Source: Amoebidium appalachense
Taxonomy: Eukaryota; Protista; Ichthyosporea
Assembly: GCA_963693365.1 (NCBI GenBank)
Contig: CAVNZM010000001.1
Coordinates: 18,856,125-18,920,124, forward strand
Length of the DNA: 64,000 bases
Direction of reading: 5' to 3'
Shown here piece by piece: positions 51,169-64,000 of this stretch; the first letter of the stretch is position 1; each line of letters starts with the position of its first letter. The notes below the pieces were generated by a model, which saw nothing but the letters and a program-made list of their open reading frames with translations, did not search any database and had not been told where the DNA came from. The position numbers and the translations under genes are program-made.

Positions 51169-52688
51169 TCAGTGGCCACCGGGCAGCTCCTTTGTAAGGG
51201 TAGTGATGCCTCGGTGCAGGTTGGAGTGCCAAATGCCGTAGAAGCCGTAGATGACCAGGCCGGCCGCCATCCAGCCGAGGAACCGGTAGAGTGTCTCCTT
51301 GCCGGTCGAGCTCATGAGTCACAGGCACATGCCAACCGACAGGAAGGGCAGAACGGGGAGCCCGTAGCGGACACCGTTTCTGCTGATGGGGATGTTGCCC
51401 CACATCTTGAACAGGCGGGGTGCATCGGGCTGGGTGAAGCGCAGAACGACAACACCAATGGAGACCAGCACAAAGGCAAACAGCGTGCCGATGGACGACA
51501 TGTCGGCAAGCACACCAATGGGCAGCAGGCCGCCGGCAACGGCGCAGAAGGCACCGGACAGGATGGTGGTGAAGTAGGGTGTCTTGAACTGGGGGTGCAG
51601 CCTGGCGGCAATGCTGGGCAGCAGGCTGCCCTTGGCCATGGTGTAGAAGATGCGGGGCTGGCCCATCAGGGCCACCAGCAAGACGGACGTCAGACCGGCA
51701 ATGGCGGCCAGGGACACAACAATGGACAGCCACTTGCCCCCAATGCGTTCGGCAACAAAGGAGGTGGGCGAGGCAATCTCCTTGTACTCGTAGTAGGGCA
51801 CCACACCTACAAGCACAAGCGACATGAGCATGTACAGGAATGTGCAAATGCCAAGCGAGCCAAGCAGGCCAATGGGCAGGTCCCGTTGGGGCACCTTGGC
51901 CTCCTGCGCCATGAATGTGACGCCATCAAAGCCGATGTAGGCAAAAAACACAACAAGACCGGCACGCATGATGCCAGCAAACCCGTACGTGTCCCCACCC
52001 TGGTTGGGGGGGATGAAGGGCGAATAATTGTCGGGGTTGATCTTTAAAAAAATTTGTGAAGCCGATGATGATGACCAACACAACCACCACCAGCTTGATG
52101 CCTACAACCACGTGGTTGACCCAGGCAGACTCCTTGACGCCAAGCACCAACACGATTGTCACCATGGTTACAATGGCCATGGCCGGAAGCTTTATGTAGT
52201 TGCTTGTTACCACGAAACTTTCACCGTTGAACGAGAGGGGGGAGCTAACGAAGCTGGTCAAAGTGGACACCGACTTTAGCAAAGAACGAAGTAAAGTAGG
52301 CCGACCAGCCCACAGACACGGCGGCCGCACCAATGAGGTACTCGAGCAGCAGGTCCCAGCCGATGATCCATGCGGCGAATTCGCCCAGTGTGGCGTAGGT
52401 GAAGGTGTAGGCGCTGCCGGAAATGGGGATCATGGTTACCATTTCCGTGTAGCAAAGTCCGGCAAAGGCCGATGCAGCACCGCCAATGATAAAGGACCCG
52501 GGCCAGCATACGACCCGGCAGCTACACCAGCCAGCACGAAGATACCCGTGCCAATGATTGCGCCTATGCCGATCAGGCACAGATCCAGCCCGTTGATCAT
52601 GAGGCACCGTTTCATGCTGTTTTCCTCGTGATTCCGCCGTCAGACCGGCAAAAGACTTGACCGGCCACAGCTGCTGCCATACGCTCAT
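51169..52688 (-). pseudogene. APC-superfamily amino-acid permease (cationic amino-acid transporter/YfnA-like), intronless, multiply frameshifted
   Basis: Consecutive frames give IGIGAIIGTGIFVL, AGLCYTEM..IPISGSAYTFTYATLGEFAAWIIGWDLLLEY, FFAYIGFD, QPRIFYTMA, SIGTLFAF and IYGFYGIWHS. Several frameshifts, and residues appear missing after AGP. Confidence 0.85.
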
Positions 52689-54839
52689 GGGCCTCTGTGT
52701 GTCCTGCGGTTCAGTTGACCCTCTGGTCTATGTTAGCAACGTGCCCATCACGCACCAGAGAGGACCCATTGTCCCACTACTTGTCGCCGTCAGACGCCAT
52801 GATGCTGCTGATGAGCTAAAAGACAGCTGGTTACCCTGCTGGTTACACTGCAGCTGAGCCTTGGTGGCTCCTAAGCGGCGTTTATATAGTTTTTGAGGGC
52901 TACCTGTGTGACCAATCGCTGAAAGGACAAAAAGCCGCTGGTGATTTTATACCAATAGGAGAGCTCAGGAGCGATTCGGCTGCTTTTGTCCGGAGTCACG
53001 GCCCACGTAGGGTTTGAATCAGTACGAAAAGTCCTCAAATTTGGTATAACAGGCTGGTACATGGGGGGGGAGAATGTGCTGTACCGGTACAATCTTCCGG
53101 TACAAAAGACCAATGCACCCCTATCCGTGCAGGTCTATCCGTTCTCCTGCAGCCAATCAGAATGCCGTACTAGGAAACCCAATACTTCAACCATCATGAT
53201 AGGTTACAGGAGAGGACAGCAAACCAACCAACGGCATTAGCACTTACCTGCATATCCCATTTCCATTGGCTGCCCAAAAGTCTTAGCACACCTTGCTACG
53301 GCCTCAAAGATGCTGAGACTGAAACTGACACACGGTGCCCATCTCCCGGTAGGGTCCAAGTCATGCGAGAGCTTCATTGTGAAACGGCAAGGACCAGAAA
53401 TAAGTTTTTTGATTGGCTGAGGTTTTGGCGCCCCGCTTACTTAAAGAATATGAAGAAGAGCTTTGTACACGGGTGGGCGTTTGCTGAGGTAGAGTTTGTT
53501 TTTGCCAAGAAACAGCGGCAGTAGACATAAATCTGGTTTCTTGTTACTTCAGCTTGGTAGGTTTGCGCGTACCAGCATGTCACGTGCTGTGTGCAGGTGC
53601 TTTTTGCTTCTTGGGTTGATTTTGCCAGCGCACTTACTTGTGCCATAGTATCAAGACCAATAAACCCTACTTGCGTCAAGTTCTGTAGAAAAGCATCTTC
53701 ACGCGGCTCTTCTTCACTGCCTGAGCCTCAGTCCCCCTCTACGGTGAGCCTGACACCTCACCTCATCTACAAACGCTCTTCGAAGGCTTTCCTCTCTAGC
53801 TACAGCTGCTACACATGAATGTGTGATCCGGCTGTTTGCACCAGGCCAAGAATAATCCCACCCAGCATGAAACGTAATTGCATGCACAAGCTTGCCTTGC
53901 CATGTAGGCAATACCCTATTGTAGAAGACACAGTACAATTTCGTGTGAATGAACATCACTGACGTCGACTGCCTGCGCATGCTATCGACGACATGCATCC
54001 AAAAAATGTAAATGATTATGATAGTCCAGCTGCGATTTCCGATTGGCTGCTTTTGAGCCAGTGCACCGGGGGTGTATTCTCTTTTTGCAGCAAATTTTTC
54101 AAAATTTAGTTATTAAGTGATCATCAAATAATCTTCACACAATCGCACAAAAAAGTCAAATAATCCTTATATCTCTAACTATGTATTTTATTCCGCAGTA
54201 TTCTTTTTTTTCTCACGCACATGTGGTATGTAGCATGCTATTATATCAGAGCGGAGTTTTTTGCTTGCACAGCAATTGTTTTAACTTAAATGGAAAATAC
54301 AAGATTCAAAGGATACGCTCCCTACTTTAGGTGTTGGGGGACAACCTTCTGCTTCCCCAGCAGGCGGAAAAATGGACCCGCCTTGTCAGGGAGCGAAGAA
54401 AGCGAAAGTGGACCGTGAGTTGAAACGAACGTGCATGCATATACGTGTCATATTCGCATCATAAATTAAATACGCTGTTAGATACATGTCTTCATCCTGC
54501 AGCACTCGCACGCACGCGTTTGTGTGTGCGTGTGCACGCAGTGCGTGTGTGCGTGCGTGAGACACCGTCGATGATCACGTGAATGTACACGCTGTGTGGC
54601 CACTGTATGATACATATTGTGTGTGTGTGTGTGCGTGCGCGCGCGTGTGTGTGTGTGTTTATGGAGTGTGTGTGTGCTTATGTGAGAATGTGTGTGTGGT
54701 GTGTGCACATGCATGTGTGTGTGTGTGTGGGGGGGGGGGGGGGGAGGGGGGAGGGGGATAGCGCAGTGGGGGAGGAGAGGAGAAAGAGAGAGGCCTAGAG
54801 AGAGATCCAGAGATCTAGAGAGAGAAAGAGACGAGAGAG

Positions 54840-55248
<409 letters not shown>

Positions 55249-56221
55249 GACGGTACGGTTATCTTTCGACTATGGGGGGAGGGGGGGGAGGGGGGGGGGT
55301 TGCTGGTGGTTGTGGTTGTCATGCGCCACGGTGATGACCGCATGCACCTCACTACTTCTAGATATAGCTATAAACTTTAAGTGCATGTAAAACCCTAGCA
55401 TCATGATATGTATTCTCCGGCCGAAACTGTGGGCGCACTGGGCCAGGGTTCGCAGGGGGTGGCAGGGGGGCAGGTGACTGCATGAGCTCGAGGACATTCG
55501 AACTTTTTTATCATAGGGGCCGTGACATCTGCATATGGGTATATATAATAATAAATAGTAAAATAATCATCACGGATACCATCCAGTTGGACATCCGTGT
55601 CATGGATTCGAGTTCTGCAATACCTTCTGATTTGGCCCCAGCGTATATTTGAAAACAGCATCGAACAATCAAATTGCCAAGAAATGTTTACTGCCAGCTC
55701 CGCGGCCAGCTTGGTTGTTCAGCTCCTCAACGGGTCAGCCACATACCTGCAATGTGCACAATGTGGGCCACATGCAGCCACCACTAACCATGAGCCGGCA
55801 TGGTTATGGAGATCAGTAATTAGTACAGGTTTCCGGTCTTTTTGACCACCATTTTTCGATCCACGGCTTGTGGGCAGCAAACTCAAAGACAAAATGGGGA
55901 CTGGGTACAATACGACTCACGATTCTTTCGCATGATATCATTTCGTGCGGTCATACACTAGCCAATTGGAAAGGTTGCATACCTTCTAGAATTCAATAAA
56001 GAATATCCCCTAGCCCCCCCCCCCCCCCCCCCCTCCCCCCCCTTCTCTTCCCCCCCCCCCCCCCCCTTCCCCCCCCTCCCGTCCTAATGGGGTTTTCCCG
56101 GATTCATCTCTTCTCCCCCCCCCCCCCCCCCCCCCCGGCCCCCCATATCCCTCCACACCCACACACGCATCCATCTCCCTCCACTCCGGTGCAACCTTCC
56201 CCACCCCGGGCACATCAACAA

Positions 56222-63960
<7,739 letters not shown>

Positions 63961-64000
63961 GAAAAAAAGGGGGGGGGAAATCATAAATATTCCATCGACA

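Noticed and set aside
53437-53998. VGFIGLDTMAQ resembling a Rossmann dehydrogenase N-terminus
   Set aside because: Lacks the GxGxxG glycines and no further exons could be linked
54068-54322. Possible MITE (GGGGGTGTATTCT / GGATACGCTCCC)
   Set aside because: Imperfect short TIR and no matching TSD

Overview
Eukaryotic genomic DNA, intron-rich and saturated with poly-G/poly-C tracts and (CA/TG)n, (GA)n and (GCGT)n microsatellites. The first ~3 kb is the right edge of an endogenised Nucleocytoviricota (giant-virus-type) insert. It holds a double-jelly-roll major capsid protein, a YqaJ-like exonuclease/recombinase and two small tightly packed ORFs. The viral DNA is cut mid-gene by a ~2.7 kb non-autonomous LTR-type element without a target-site duplication, after which host-like DNA begins. 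Host-side genes I could splice together by hand: a 10-exon bacterial-type (Rv2258c-like) SAM methyltransferase, an intronless SGNH/PC-esterase-like protein, a 6-exon ~1540-aa DDE transposase (DUF6729 type) with an intact DEDDy 3'-5' exonuclease inserted inside its catalytic core, a 3-exon Cys-rich/beta-helix membrane protein, a frameshifted intronless amino-acid permease, and the 3' exons of Nup160. Also present: a degenerate LINE RT, two PIF/Harbinger non-autonomous elements, a TTAA foldback MITE, a possible tRNA-derived SINE and a ~6 kb complex repeat with four copies of a putatively structured ~110-nt core. All family assignments are from motif recognition by eye; no searches were run, and the host taxon cannot be determined from this window. 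Single-base frameshifts in homopolymers may be assembly errors.
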